Origin: Octopus vulgaris
Lineage: Eukaryota
DNA: 64,000 nt
Direction of reading: 5' to 3'
NCBI GenBank assembly: GCA_951406725.2
Contig: OX597823.1
Span: forward strand, 78,368,001 to 78,432,000
Part shown: piece by piece, positions 50,136 to 64,000 of the stretch
Layout of the letters: each line of letters starts with the position of its first letter
How positions within the stretch are numbered: the first letter of the stretch is position 1
Position numbers and translations under genes: made by a program
Notes under the pieces: generated by a model
Told to the model about the DNA's origin: nothing
Databases searched by the model: none
Seen by the model: the letters and a program-made list of their open reading frames with translations, nothing else

Positions 50136-52257
50136 CATGTATTTGTGTAAAATAGAGCAACAACATATTAGTTAAGGGTGCTGAAGGGCTGTAAGTTCAC
50201 TCCCAGCTTAAGACAATGTATAACCAACCTCTAAAGTTGATCAAAGAATTTGGAGATGAGAATACAAGTTTGCATTAAAAACGTACAATAGATCAGGTAA
50301 AATAGTCTAATCAAACTTTACAGCACTAGTTATTTATGTCCTTGATGTTATTCTTACTGTAGAATATTAGCATAGCCATTAATTATGGAACCAATCTTCT
50401 GGTACTGTTGGCATGGTGATGTGAATGAGGTTGATGCTGACAATGAATTCTGGTTAAATCCGAGGATTTGATAGCAATTTTCATTTAAAGTATGACAAAA
50501 TCTTTTGTGTCCTTATCGTTAGACAAATCAAATAATCACTCTCATGTGACCTTTCTTTAAACAGGAATTGTCCTGGAAGATTTCTTTATGACATATTTTC
50601 TTTAGCTTCGAAATAGATTATTTTTTTTTTATTTAAATATAAAAATAACATCCAAATCAATGCTATTCGTTGTATATTTTGTGTTTGGGAGAATAAATAA
50701 ACTGAGAGAAATTACTTATTTATGTTGTTTTCTGTCTGAGATTGACAAGATATTTGTTCTCTATTTGAGAATATGGAAGTTTGATGAGTGTGATAAAGCT
50801 GAGGTAATCTTCAATTCATCTTAGTTTGCTGTTCAGTTCAATTCCCAGTTGAAACTATTTAACTATACTTTCACTAAAAATACCTTTCAGAAAGGCATAA
50901 ATGATATAATTTCCCATTTGCCAATCTCTATAAATCTATAGCTTTGTATCTTTACTTCTAAAACAATATATCATTATGTAACTTTACCATCTCAGGATTC
51001 TTTCTTATATTAATGTAGAAATTGACATAACCACGTTTTATCTCTATTCTTTTACATCACAAATCTGGACAAATCACAAGTCAGTTGCTTATTCTGTATG
51101 ATGGGTGTAACTTACTAAGATTTATCTAAAAACTTTCAGAAGTAAAAAGGAATTACTTGTTCATTTATAGATTTAAGTCTATGCTGGTTCTATAACCAAA
51201 CCATATTTTTCTCACTCTTCTAAGTGCTACAAATCCTACTTTAAATACCATGATTGTTTTTGTTTGGTATAAATTTAAAGTGGCAGCAATATTGAAGGAA
51301 TACAGCGTTACATATTAAGATAATCTTTCTTACTTGATATTTTCTTCTCTGATTTTTTCTATAATTCTTCTAATTTCACACTCATTTTGCATCGTATATT
51401 TCTAATATTTTCTCCATACCTTAGAAATCTCACCATAAACTGATTTCCCTTTAACTTTTAATCACCTCTTAATCTTATAATGCACTCTCATCCTTGCATT
51501 ACAATCTCTTTTAGGTTCCTCTTGGTAACAGAAACTGTCTGCTACTTATACAAAGTAGCTCACCTTCTTTACATAAAGGTTATTCAGTTTGGTAAAATGA
51601 TCTACATACTTAAAATATAACTAAATCAGTTACGCTATCGATTTAATAGTTTTATTTTTCTTTTTAGCTTCTTTTCTTTCATAAAAGCTGGTCATTATCG
51701 AAACAATTAATCCATGGATATTTTCCCCCCAAAAAAAACTATACAGGAATCCCCTATTATATAACAGCAATGTGTCCCTGAAAATCTTGCCAATACTCAA
51801 AATCCTGTAGCACAAAATGAATTTTTCAATTGATTTTCATGTTATAAAATGTTATAAAAATATTGTAATGGATATTTAGAAAAAAAAAATTAAAAAACAC
51901 TTACTGACCACTCTTATGATGAAAATAACAATTTCTAAATTTTCACAATATGATATATGTACATAAAAAAATTTGAAGTGAATCATGTTACAGAATAAAT
52001 AAGAATTGTAATATGACAAAATGCATAAAGCAAGGCTATTCATTTCTAATCTTCTGTGAAAAATATTACCTTGCTTGGAAATAGGTGAGAATTAGTGACA
52101 AGACGAGTATCTATTTTTAAAATCATGCCTCAAATACCTTCCCATGTACACTGATGCCGGCATGGAAAAAATTGGATGTTAGTTGAAGAAAGGAATATAA
52201 GTTTACGTATATATATTTGTTTGTGTGTTCATGTGTTCGTATGTGTGTGTGTGTATG

Positions 52258-52422
52258 TAAAAGCACCCACTACACTCTCGGAGTGGTTGGTATTAGGAAG
52301 GGCATCCAGCTATAGAAACTCTACCAGATCAGATTGGAGCCTGGTGCAGCCATCTGGTTCGCCAGTCCTCAGTCAAACCGTCCAACCCATGCCAGCATGG
52401 AAAGCGGACGTTAAACGATGAT
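52258..52422 (+). mobile_element. RTE tail copy
   Basis: aaagcacccactacactctcggagtgg...ggaaagcggacgttaaacgatg. Confidence 0.88.
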
Positions 52423-53039
52423 ATAAATGTGTGTGTGTGTATGTATGTAAACAAACACACACACACACTATGAGTTCCTTTCGGTTTTTGTCTAGTAAAA
52501 GTCCCTGTTGCAGTATTGGATGACCCTGTGTCATATCAGAAAACACTTGGACAAAGTGCCGTGCAGTGGGATCAAACTCAGAATGTCATAGTCGTACAAT
52601 GATCTTCTTAACCATGAAGCTATGCCTGAGACATTGTAACATTTTTTCATTGAGGAAATACACAGTGAAGAATATTTTTATTGTTTCAAATGTCATGGAT
52701 TTTGAAAAGAAAGAATAACCTCATTCTATAACAACAAAACCATTCATTTAAAACTTCAGTGAATTTTCTCTTTGATTTATTGAGGAACTTTTTCTCTGTT
52801 TAGTTAATAATGAAAGGTTAAATATAAAAAAAATTCTTATTTGTCCTAAAAAATGAATGAACTTTCAGTTATGCAATCTCTGATTTTTGGAACCTTTTCA
52901 AAGATTGTGGCGTAATTGATGGCGAAGTTAGAGGTTGTGTGTTTCATGTTCGAAGCTTAAACTTGAACCTTTGGTGTATGAGAACTAAACACATCATCAT
53001 CATCATCATCATCGTCATCATCATCATCACTGTCACCAT

Positions 53040-53385
53040 CATTTAGCATCCATTTTCCATGCCGACATGTGCAAGAAAGTTTGATTAGAGTCAGCAAACC
53101 AGAGAGCTGCACCAGGCTCCACTATGTTTTGGCTTGGTTTCTATGGCTGGATGCCCTTCCTAATGCCAACCACTCCACAGAGTGTACAGAGTGTCTTTTA
53201 CATGTCACCATGATTGGGTGCCTTCCATGTGTCACCAGCACAAGTGCCTCTCTGTCACTTGTCATTACTTCTGAGACTCAACATCCAAAGATCATATTTT
53301 ATCACCTCATCCAGCATCTTCCTGGGTCTACCTGTTCCACAAATTCCTTCCACAGTTAGAGATTGGCTCTTCTTTATGCAGCAGT
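53040..53385 (-). mobile_element. Old RTE 3' end with an ORF remnant
   Basis: CIKKSQSLTVEGICGTGRPRKMLDEVIKYDL, followed by a short UTR and tail. Confidence 0.82.
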
Positions 53386-53449
53386 AATATGGTTATATTA
53401 CAACACAGAGGAAGGAATGTGGTTTATAAAATCTAATTAGTTGAATATA

Positions 53450-53930
53450 AATTTGTTTTGTTTTTACATTTGGTTTGAAAGATTCTTGGTGTGAATATGT
53501 GTACTGAAACATATCTTGTTATGTCTTGGGAAGGTCATTATGCCAATAATAAACACATGCACTGGTTCTATTTCACTTTACATTTATTGGCAATTGGTTA
53601 ACCATCTAACCAATTAACTAGTCAATTGTTTGATTAAGCATTCACTCAGTCAATCAGGTTTGTCAAAGTCCTTTCCTTGCCATTTGCAACCTCATCAGTA
53701 ACATGGCATCTGTAGTCCATGTCTGCTTCAGATTCGTTGGACAAACATCATGGCTGAAGCTGCAAGTGGTGATAAAAGGGCTTTGAGAAACCTAGCTCAC
53801 TGTTTGATTGATTGTCTGATTAATCAAACGATTGATTATTTAATAAGTTAGAAGTGAAATAGACCAGTGTGTGTATTTATTATTGCCATAATGACCCTCC
53901 TGAGACACAGCAAAACAATTTGGACCCACA
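53450..53930. mobile_element. Penelope-like fold-back element with diverged inverted arms
   Basis: About 53500-53700 is the inverted copy of about 53755-53930; the minus strand at 53670-53698 reads CTGATGA-g-gttgc-aaatg-gcaag-GAAA. Confidence 0.7.
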
Positions 53931-55661
53931 TAGGAAAATATGGCTGACTGGCAAGCTATAGCATATGGACGAAACTACTTTTGATAACTTATCTCAAGAA
54001 ATGGTATTAAATATTTATATACTAAATAAGTAAGAAATATTTTATGTTCCTAGAATCAGAAATGTAAATATGCTTTATTTGTTATTCATTGTTTCTGCTG
54101 AAGTAATTTTCTAATAGTTTTTCCTTTCCATTCTTCTTTCAATTTCGAAAGATTCAATATTTATTTATCTTTTCTTCATTGATCATAAACTTTCAGCCAT
54201 CCAGTTCAAGATTTAAAGTACATGATACATGCATAAGTTGAATATTAATTCTAATCTCACTGATTTCACAAAAATCTTATGTTGTCCAGTTTCTTTTCAA
54301 ATCCATCATCATCATCGAGGTTATCATCGTTGTCATCATCATCATCATCATCATCGTCATCATCATCATCATCATCACTACTGTTGTTACAGAGAAATAT
54401 TCGAAATTATTATTAATAAATTCAAATGTATTTTATAAATGAAAATTATTTTATATTATCTTCTTTCAAATTATGGTTTTTCTTTAAAAAAAAAAAAAGA
54501 AAATAGAGAAGACAGGAAACTGTAAATTATGAAATACAAATCTTGAGATTGCTTTAGATACTTCAGAATGACTTCAATTTCATTTGAAATTCACTCTCTC
54601 AGCCATGAATATAGCTTCTCTGGACCAAGTGATTTGATTAATATGGTTTACATGAATAAAAGGTCGAAGATATTGGATATCAACATTATCTACATTAGAT
54701 ATTTGTGTTCAGCTATCTTTGAAAAATCGTTATTTTCTTTCAGATGATTATTTTCATTATTCTGTTCTGTTAGATATGCTAGATCTATATTCTGATTGGA
54801 ACAAAGAAGTAATCTTCGAATTATGATATTTAAGAGGTAGGAAACAAAAACGAAAAGAAAATCTAAAGAATATAGATCAAATAATCTTAACTGATACTAC
54901 AAGTTATAAATTATATGAATGTATACAACGTATACACTATCAGATCGTAACATCAGATAGTCGTTGACTGCATTATCATTATTTAGCCTGTTGTCTGATA
55001 CATATAGTACAACCCCCTTTAAAACTACTATGGCTTTGCTGATAAAATACCAAGCAGAGCCAAGCGAAGAACGATCTGATTAATTAGAAATGCTGCATTT
55101 GGTTCTAAGAAATATGAGGCACACTGCTTTAAAATTTTCCTCCCTACTACTTCATTCAGTGATCTCTAAGATAAAAGAAGTAATTACAGTGGAAGGAACC
55201 TACAGTAATTAAGACCTCTTAAGTTATCTTCCCTAAAAACACTTTCTAATGCATTCATATTCAAAGGAAGCAATCATATATTACACACAATGTTATAACT
55301 AACCTCAATGATATCTCTGTGTGGACTCATAGGCATTACTTATGTCATTTTATTCCTGAGTAACTGCTTTGTTATAGGAGAAGGTTTTCCTAGAGTGATA
55401 GCAACTTCATAATAAATCAAACAACAGTTCATCTATTTGCCTGTCAGAAAGCAAACTGCAATTCAATATTGAATGCAAATAAATAATGTATTGCTATGAA
55501 ATTTCATGAGCATTCAGATTTGAAATTCCCCATTAAAGAAATCTAAATCCCATACAAGCATGTCTGTATGGTTAAGGAGCTAACTTTGCAACCATGTTAT
55601 TTCAAGTTCAACTTCACTGAGCAGCACCTTGGTCAAGTGTCTTCTACTATAACTGACCAAT

Positions 55662-56077
55662 TCAAAGCGGCGAGCTGGCAGAAACGTTAGCGCGCTGGGC
55701 GAAATGTTTAGCGATATTTTGTCTCATTACGTTCTGAGTTCAAATTCCACCGAGGTCAACTTTGCCTTTCATCCTTTCGGGGTCGATTAAATAAGTACCA
55801 GTTATGCACTGGGGTCGATGTAATTGACTTAATCCGTGTGACTGTCCTTGTTTGTCCCCTCTGTGTTTAGCCCTTTGTGGATAGTAAAGAACTAGGTATT
55901 TCGTCTGCCGCTACATTCTGAGTTCAAATTCCGCCGAGGTCGACTTTGCCTTTCATCCTTTCGGGGTCAATAAATAAAGTACCAGTTACACACTGGGGTT
56001 GATGTAATCGATTTAATCCGTTTGTCTGTCCTTGTTTGTCCCCTCTATGTTTAGCCCCTTGTGAGTAGTAAAAAATA
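55662..56077 (+). mobile_element. Dimeric SINE B inserted in a SINE A copy (55557-56395)
   Basis: TSD tataactgaccaat at 55648-55661 and 56078-56091; second monomer starts ggtatttcg at 55895. Confidence 0.9.
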
Positions 56078-57404
56078 TATAACTGACCAATGCCTTGCGC
56101 ATGAATTTTGCAAGATGGAAATTGTGTGGACGTTTACCATACATATATACATACATATATACACACAAATACAGCACACACACATATATATATGAGCGTT
56201 TTGTCTTTTTGTTTATGTCTGTCTCCCTCCCACCACTTGACAACAGCTGTTCATTTGTTTACATCCCCATAATTTAGCAGTTCAGCATGAGATCAAAACA
56301 GTAAGTATTGGAGTTCAATTTGTTTGACTAAATTCTTCAAGGCGGTACCCCAGCATGGCCACAGTCCAATGAATGAAACAAGTAAAAGATAAAAACTATA
56401 TAAAAAAGGTATAGCTCAAGCTTCAAAACCAAAGTGATAATTTTAATATAAGCCGCCTACCCCTGAATTTGAAAACAATTAATCGTTATTTTCCTCAGCC
56501 CTCAAAGAACAACCACAGGTTCCTTTGTAGTTGTAATTTGCTCCTTGTCCCTAAAACATTTCTTCACTCTTCCCTTATGTGTATATGAAAAGCTTCTTAA
56601 TTACAGCAACATCACATTTCCTGCATTTTCGTAATCATTTACTTTATAAACCACATATAACTTATTGATAATTAACGACGTCTATGTATAGCTCATAGCA
56701 TTATATTGATTAAATTTTATTTTGAAGGTTTATTTGGCGGGTCACTGATCAATTTAGATGAATCTAAAGCTTTCCGCAAGGTTAACCATCATAACTTGGC
56801 AACAGTTCCAAGTGCAGCTGGACTTGCTCCCATCTTCTAAGACTGGATTGCTACAATGTACAATCACATCTGTCCACTGGTCAAACTCAAAAGTCACCTT
56901 TTTCCATCACTTAATTTCACCTGTCAAAAATAATCACCTCCTCTGTTTAATGCTTTCTGAAGTTCAAGCAGAGGCTGGAATATTTGAGGGGTTCTTCACT
57001 CAAATTGTGTTAGAGCAGAGCTGTGGATACCTACGGGAATGATGTCATTGCCATGATGTTGGACACATCAAAGCCTGGGGTGATTGTTACTATACTGCAG
57101 AAGATTGGAACATGTCAGTGAATTTGTAATTTGAGTTAAGAGATACAAATCTGTATGAGTTGGTAGCTTATATTGCTGACTGAAGCTCTGATTAAAGTAT
57201 TTGGACATTTGTTAAGACCAAGCCTCCAGAAAAGGAGAAAAAATGAGAATAGGCAATGAGTTGAGTAACTAGTCATGTTCAGAAATACGCTGAGAGGAAG
57301 CTGTCTGCAAAAGGTTGTGTGGAAATAGATAACACCAATACTGTTGGTTCTGTAATGTCACTTAATCATTTTGTACCCTGTTGCAAGAAACATTTGCCCA
57401 TATT

Positions 57405-57816
57405 AGGCGGTGAGCTAGCAGAAACGTTAGCACGCCGGGTGAAAAGCTTAGCAGTATTTCATCTGCCATTACGTTCTGAGTTCAAATTCCGCCAAGGTCA
57501 ACTTTGCCTTTCATCTTTTCGGGGTCGATAAAGTACCAGTTATGCACTGGGGTAGATGTAATCGACTTAATCCCTTTGTCTGTCCTTGTTTGCCCCCTCT
57601 GTGTGTAGCCCCTTGTGGGCAGTAAAGAAATAGGTATTTCATCTGCCATTACATTCTGAGTTCAAATTCCGCCAAGGTCAACTTTTACCTTTCATCCTTT
57701 CGGGGTCGATAAATAAAGTACCAGTTATGCACTGGGGTCAATGTAATCGACTTAATCCCTTTGTCTGTTCTTGTTTGTCCCCTCTATGTTTAGCCCCTTG
57801 TGGGCAATAAAGAAAT
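57405..57816 (+). mobile_element. Dimeric SINE B
   Basis: TSD aagaaacatttgcccatatt at 57385-57404 and 57817-57836; junction at 57633. Confidence 0.93.
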
Positions 57817-59489
57817 AAGAAACATTTGCCCATATTGATTGAAGTGATTTCTCTTTTGCTTCTTATAGAAGAATAAGTTCTACTGGTGAAGATATTCATC
57901 TAGGGCCAAAGCAGAAGCAACTGCAGAGATTTCTAGACAATAACAATGCTGAATATGTGTGGTCATCATTCATGCTACACAATTTTCTGTATTTCATGGA
58001 CTTCACTGAACTGCAGTCCTGGATCAACTGCAGGTCAGCATTGGGTGTTTGGCAACTGGAATGTTGTTAGACAGTCACTACAATCTATAATTACAGTAAA
58101 ATCAGCTGTACAATGCATTTGGTGGAATATCAAGTCTTGTATTCTACAGAAAGTAATGAACAAGATGTGGATTAAGTATTATTGACAATTATGAAACGTC
58201 CTCGGCCTAGCATTACTACAGGGAGTAATGCTTGTTTGGGGCCAACTTTACCCACATGGAAATGCCATAAGCTGGGCCTGTGTGAAATTTATGCAGGGTA
58301 ATCAAACTCTGATGTACTCCTTCAGAGTTTATGCATTGCTAATTTGTGAGCTTGAGTCAAACAATTGCTTTCATTGTAGGAAAAACCCAGCTATCACCTG
58401 AGTCTGCAATGAAGGTTGATCAATGTACTTTCTTGTTTCCACATGGAAAAGCATGTAGTTTTCCTCTCTCTTGAGGCTATGGTAAAAAATCTTGTGTGGT
58501 TGAAGTGACTGAATGTTTTTTTAGGAAATGATGAGGAACAAGTCCCTTCATCAACTTCAAATATCATTTAAAGAAGAGAATAATGGGAAGAAAGAAAAAA
58601 AAAACTACTGCACTCCAGTGTGTTTTATGAAAGGTGACACAAACATGATATTGATGAGGCTAAGTGGGCCTGCTCTGATTATAAGTATATATCTGGACTT
58701 GGCAAGGAGCGGTCATCTAGAGATGATGTAGTCAACTGTCACATTTGGCTGTGTTTGCTCTCTTTTTTACTTTTTTTTTCTTTTGTGGCTGTTTGTGACT
58801 CAGTATTGCTTTTGCACATCTGCTATCAGATCTTCACTTTCTGCTTTTAATCTACATGTTTTGAACCATTATTGACTTTCACTTTGGCTTAATTCTCTTC
58901 TGCTGCATATTATAGGATATTGGTTTCGGAAGTCCATTTTGATTTCATCTTCCATGGGTTTTCTAATGCTTTAGTTCTTATCTAAGTCTGTTATTTTACT
59001 GTAACTTATTTCTTGTTTATATGTTGTCATATCCTTTGATGAAGAGGAATGCTTTGCTTAATTTTGTTTTCCTTTTCTTGTTCCTTTATTACACATTACA
59101 GTTTCTACAAGATTGGATTTTAAGTATTTTTATAGTCCCACTGTTGTTATTTTGTAGTAGTTTTCTATTTGTATCATGCCTTTCTCCTTATATGCGACTT
59201 GGATATAATTTGTCTATATTACTTTTGGACTAATGGCTTCGGAAGGCTTTCAGGTGATTCCTTGTTGCTCCCTCAAAGATTTTCAATTCACTTAGTTTCT
59301 GGTGTTGAGGATATAATTTATAACAAGAACAGCTAGTATATTAATACCTACCATCTTATTTTTTGTATTAAATTAAAATTTTAATGTAAGATTTCTCCAG
59401 ATATCTTTTTCTAATTTCCTCTTTGCCATTATCATTGTTGTTGTTGTTATGATGACTACTACTACTACTGCTGCTGCTGCTACTACTGT

Positions 59490-60125
59490 AGCAAGCTGCC
59501 AGAATCATCAGCATGTTGAAGAAAATGTTTAGTAGCACTTCATCTGTCTTTACATTCTGAGTTCAAATTCAGATGAGGCTTACTGCTTTTCATCCTTTCA
59601 GGGTTGTTAGAATTAGTACCAATAGAACACCAAGGTCAGTCTAAACAACTAGTCTCTCCCACAAAATTTCAGGCCTTGTGCTTACAATAGAAAAGATTAT
59701 TATTATTATTATTTTTTTAATTTTTTTTATTATTAAGGTGAGTTGGCAGAATTGTTAGAACATCCGGCAAAATGCTTAGGAACATTTAGTCCATCTTTAC
59801 GTTCTGAGTTCAAATGCCACATAAATACCAGTGTACCATGAGATCGATGTAATTGATTTATCCCATTCCTGAAACTGCTGGCCTTGTGCCAAAATTTGAA
59901 GCTGAAGGCAGCAAGCCGGCTGAATCATTAGCAAGCCAGGTAAAATGCTTAGCAGCATTTCATCAGTCTTAATGTTCTGAGTTCAAATTCCACTGATGTT
60001 GACTTTGCATTTCACATTTTTGGGGCTCGATTAAATAAGTTCCTGTTGAGTACTGGGGTTGATGTAATCGACTAGTCCCCTCCCCAAAAATTTCAGGCCT
60101 TGTGCCCTTAATAGAAAGGAATATT
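59490..60125 (+). mobile_element. Three head-to-tail SINE B copies, tail type 2
   Basis: Each has ttctgagttcaaat and ggccttgtgc; copies are mutually divergent. Confidence 0.8.
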
Positions 60126-60145
60126 ATTGTTATTATCATAGACAC

Positions 60146-60525
60146 ATCATCATCATCATCATCGTTTAACGTCCGCTTTCCATGCTAGCATAGGTTGGAC
60201 GGTTCAACTGGGGTTTGGGAAGCCAGGAGGCTGCACCAGGCTCCAGTCTGATCTGGCAGTGTTTCTACGGCTGGATGCCCTTCCTAACACCAACCACTCC
60301 ATGAGTGTAGTGGGTGCTTTTTACGTGCCACCAGCACAGATGCCAGGGGAGGCTGGCAACAGCCATGATTGGTTGGTGCTTTTTACGTGCCACCGGCACG
60401 GAAGTCAGTCAAGGCGGCGCTGGCATCGGCCACATTCGGATGGTGCTTTTTACGTGCCACTGGCACAGGTATCACAGCTACAATTTCCATTTGATTTTTT
60501 GATGTTGATGTACTTGACTCAATAG
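60146..60525 (-). mobile_element. RTE 3' UTR/tail, another subfamily
   Basis: Three gtggcacgtaaaaagcacc modules and the tail with (GAT)n. Confidence 0.87.
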
Positions 60526-60542
60526 GGGGCAGAATTACTCGA

Positions 60543-60770
60543 TACCTATTTCTTTACTACCCACAAGGGGCTAAACACAGAGGGGACAAACAAGGACAGA
60601 CAAAAGGATTAAGATGATTACATCGACCCCAGTGTGTAACTGGTACTTAATTTATCAACCCCGAAAGGATGAAAGGCAAAGTCAACCTCGGCGAAATTTG
60701 AACTCAGAACGTAGTGGCAGACGAAATACGGCTACTCATTTCGCCCGGCATGCTAACAATTCTGCCAGTT
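60543..60770 (-). mobile_element. SINE family B, tail type 1
   Basis: Full core; ends gaaataggtat like the dimer junction. Confidence 0.88.
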
Positions 60771-62306
60771 CGGATACCACCAACCCCAGTGCTTGACCTG
60801 TTGACCTCAGCAGAACTGTTAGACTATTGGACAAACTACCTTGTGGTATTTCTTCCAGGTCTTTACATTCTAAGTTCAAATCCTGTGAAGATCAGCTCTA
60901 CTTTGTATCCTTTCAGGATGTTATAAACATAATACCTGCCAAGTATTGGGATCAATTTATTTGATAAACTCCAATACTTAAAACACTGGCCTTGTTTTAG
61001 AAGTGCTTATTATTTTTAGCACTATTTTGTCAGCAAATATATTAGGCTTTCACACTCCATTAATCTTCTGCAGGTTTCCATTTAACTGCTGTTAAATCAA
61101 AGCATCTTTTTTTTATCTCTAATGTATAAAAGCATTTCAGGTGAGAGCTATCAACATAAAAACAACGTTGACAATTTAAAAGGTCATTTTAGAATATCGT
61201 TTAAAAATTATATACGAAAAGTTACATATGCATTTTAAGGAATATGTGTGCAAGTGTTTATACAAATAGCTATAGTTTTATAATAAACGGTTAGTGTAAA
61301 AATAAAAATATTAGTCTTTGTGGTTTGTTGGTTATTAAATTTAGGTATATTAAACAGTAGGATTTATTGTAAAAAAATTAAACTTTACAGGAATAGAAAG
61401 AATTTCACCTCGATATATATTTATATATTAATCAACTTTAGAATAACATACTGCATTAGAAAATATTAAATCGAACTTTTGTAAAGTTTTCTTTTAAAGT
61501 AATTTGCATTTTGTACTAATGAGATAATTTTAAGTGTAAAGTAATATAATACTTTCGTTTTTATGTATTAGATATATTAAAATGTCAGAAATAAAATTTG
61601 ATCATTTTCAGACGTACTAACAGAAAATTATAAAGTTAATTACAATATATCCAGCTGGAATTCATTTGTTTTGTAACATTTTGAACAATTTATTCTTTAA
61701 CCATATTCCATATTTCAACATGCAAGAGTATTTGTAATCTAGCTTGAAATTTTGTTAAAAATAGATACATGAGAATTTTAAGTTGTTTCAGTAATTACCT
61801 GTCTTGAAAATTTAGTTATATTAACTTTAGTAAAAATAAATAAATTTAAAAAAATTACAATTTATTGTTTTTAAAATGGAGAGATTCATTGGATAGTGTA
61901 TTCCTAGATATGTAATGCCTGGATAGAGGACTTGCTGATTATAGTTGAGACATCTTTGATCATGATTAAGCTCAGCAAGGGCTAACCTGCAGGTTGAAAT
62001 AACTTCCATGCGGTTTCTTGGCCTACTAGAAATGGAAGCCAAACGTTCTTCAAATTATAACCTACCATCTTTAAAAAAAGGAAGGACACTATGAATAATG
62101 TAGTACAAGATAGACTAATATTAAAAATATAACAGGATGGGACTGTTATATCTTCAAGGTCTATGATGATACGGGTGCTCAACCAGATCTAATCAAAACT
62201 TAAAAAACAGGAGCAATAACAACCCAAAAGCATTCTTTTAAACTGAAACCTATCTTAAATTCTTCTTTTCTTCACCTCATTACCAATTTCTAATTTTAAA
62301 GAATCT

Positions 62307-62390
62307 GTTTTCGGTATTTTATTATTAATTTCTATTTTTGAGTTTTCGGTATTTTATTATTAATTTCTATTTTATTATTAATTTCTATTC
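62307..62390. repeat. Short tandem duplication
   Basis: gttttcggtattttattattaatttctattt occurs twice, plus a partial third copy. Confidence 0.8.
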
Positions 62391-63340
62391 ACCTTAGAGT
62401 TTGTTACGCATTATTCAACAATGTTTAGCTCACATACAGATGTAATATCAACCAATTAAAGTTAAGCTTGTTGCATTAAAGATCAGATGCACTCTCTCCC
62501 CTGCTTTATTGCCTTTTAAATTTTGGATAATCAAAACATCGTAAGTTTTCTCTCTTGCCCTTTTTGTGACTAATTTTCATTACCACTAACGAGTGTTCTT
62601 CTTAAACAACCATGACAAGATCTCATACTAAATACTGTCAACCAGCACCAGCTGAGCCCTTGGGTCATCTCAGGTATGCTCATCCTGTCCTTAAATAAAT
62701 CGTTTTTTTTTTATCTAATACTTCTCTTACTGTGGTAATAACTTAATTGCTTAAAATTATTTTCGGTTCATCATCTTAAGTCTGGTAGCTCACATTCAAT
62801 ATTATCCCATGCTGACTTTGATTTGATTCCCCTTTGGACATTTTCATTGTTGTTAACAGCTGTCAATATTTTCCAGTCTTATGTGTTTCTATTTATTTCC
62901 TCCCCCTCAGATAAGAAATATTCCTCATACAACTAAATTGCTTTTTTTTCCTTTCTTTCACTAATATTAAAGATACATATTCGTTGAAATGATTCCTTGG
63001 ACACTGAAAAAGCTTATGAAGAAATACAGTCTTCTAATTATTTATAATAACTGCTACAGTAAGGGTTTCAAATTTTGACACAGGGACATCAGTCTTTGAG
63101 GGGAAGAGCAAGTTGATTTCATGACTGATACTTATTTTATCGATTATTTGATTGGATCTTTTTATCCCTCCCCATCGAAAGGATGACAGGCAAATTCATC
63201 TTGATTGAATTTGAACTCAAAACTTAATGATGGATGAAATGTTGCTAAGCTTTTTGCCTGGCATGCAAATGACTCTGCCTGCTTGCTTTCTGCTTTTATA
63301 ACAGCTATGATAAAAACAGAAACAGTTTTCCTAGAATTAA

Positions 63341-63754
63341 GGTGACGAGTTAGCAGAAACATTAGCACGCCAGGTGAAATGCTTAGCGGTATTTTGTCTG
63401 CTGTTACGTTTTGAGTTCAAATTCCGCTGAGGTCGACTTTGCCTTTCATTCTTTTGGGGTAGATTAAATAAGTACCAGTTACGCACTGGAGTCGATATAA
63501 TCGACTTAATCTGTTTCTCTATCCTTGTTCGTCCCCTCTGCATTTAGCCTCTTGTGGGAAGTAAAGAAATAGGTATTTCATCTGCCGTTACATTCTGAGT
63601 TCAAATTCCGCCAATGTTGACTTTGCTTTTCATTCTTTCAGGGTCGATAAATTAAGTACCAGTTACACACTGGGGTCGATGTAATCGACTTAATCTGTTT
63701 GTCTCTCCTTGTTTGTCCCCTCTATATTTAGTCCTTGTGGGCAATAAAGAAATA
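63341..63754 (+). mobile_element. Dimeric SINE B
   Basis: TSD agaaacagttttcctagaattaa at 63318-63340 and 63755-63777; junction at 63572. Confidence 0.93.
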
Positions 63755-64000
63755 AGAAACAGTTTTCCTAGAATTAAAATATTTTCCTAATACTGTAGCT
63801 TCTTGACAGCAAACATCATGTGACTTATCCTGGTCCTATAATACAAAAATCCTTCATTTAAAAATATTAATATTTAAATACAAACCTTGCATTTTACATA
63901 AGAACCTTTCTATTAAAGTTATATTCTAAACTCCAGGCTAGTGAAAGGAAAAAACCATTGCTACTTTAACTAAACTTTGGCAAATCCTTAGTTATTTTCA

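Noticed and set aside
51741-51850. TACAG-start resembling a Tigger MITE end
   Set aside because: No matching second TIR or second copy found.
56750-58750. Moderately GC-rich unique sequence with short ORFs
   Set aside because: No motif I can identify; possibly an ancient TE, but unsupported without a profile search.

Overview
Eukaryotic, AT-rich, repeat-saturated DNA. The SINE families and (TA)n/(TAA)n/(GAT)n microsatellite load point to an octopus (coleoid cephalopod) genome; this is inference from repeat recognition. Almost every ORF in the supplied track is a microsatellite or repeat artefact. The only host coding sequence I can support is one 71-nt + strand exon (33861-33931). It encodes the end of a CUB domain (FLSSSRSLGAKGFRLSWTEIRGS) and resembles invertebrate multi-CUB + LDLa membrane proteins, so the window is probably two very large introns around one exon. 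The rest is transposon debris: several tRNA-SINE families, RTE, R4/Dong-type, CR1-group and probable Tx1-like LINE ends, non-autonomous Helitrons, pogo, mariner, MULE, piggyBac-like and hAT-like elements, and Penelope-like fold-back termini with minimal hammerhead-ribozyme variants. The most interesting signals are: a 3.3-kb tandem expansion of an RTE 3' UTR built from covarying hairpin/pseudoknot modules; the hammerhead variants; two SINE-LINE 3'-tail partnerships visible inside the window; a dimeric SINE that inserts as a unit; and family-specific microsatellite neighbourhoods. There is no CRISPR array, rRNA or true tRNA gene. All alignments and translations were done by eye; boundaries of decayed repeats are approximate.
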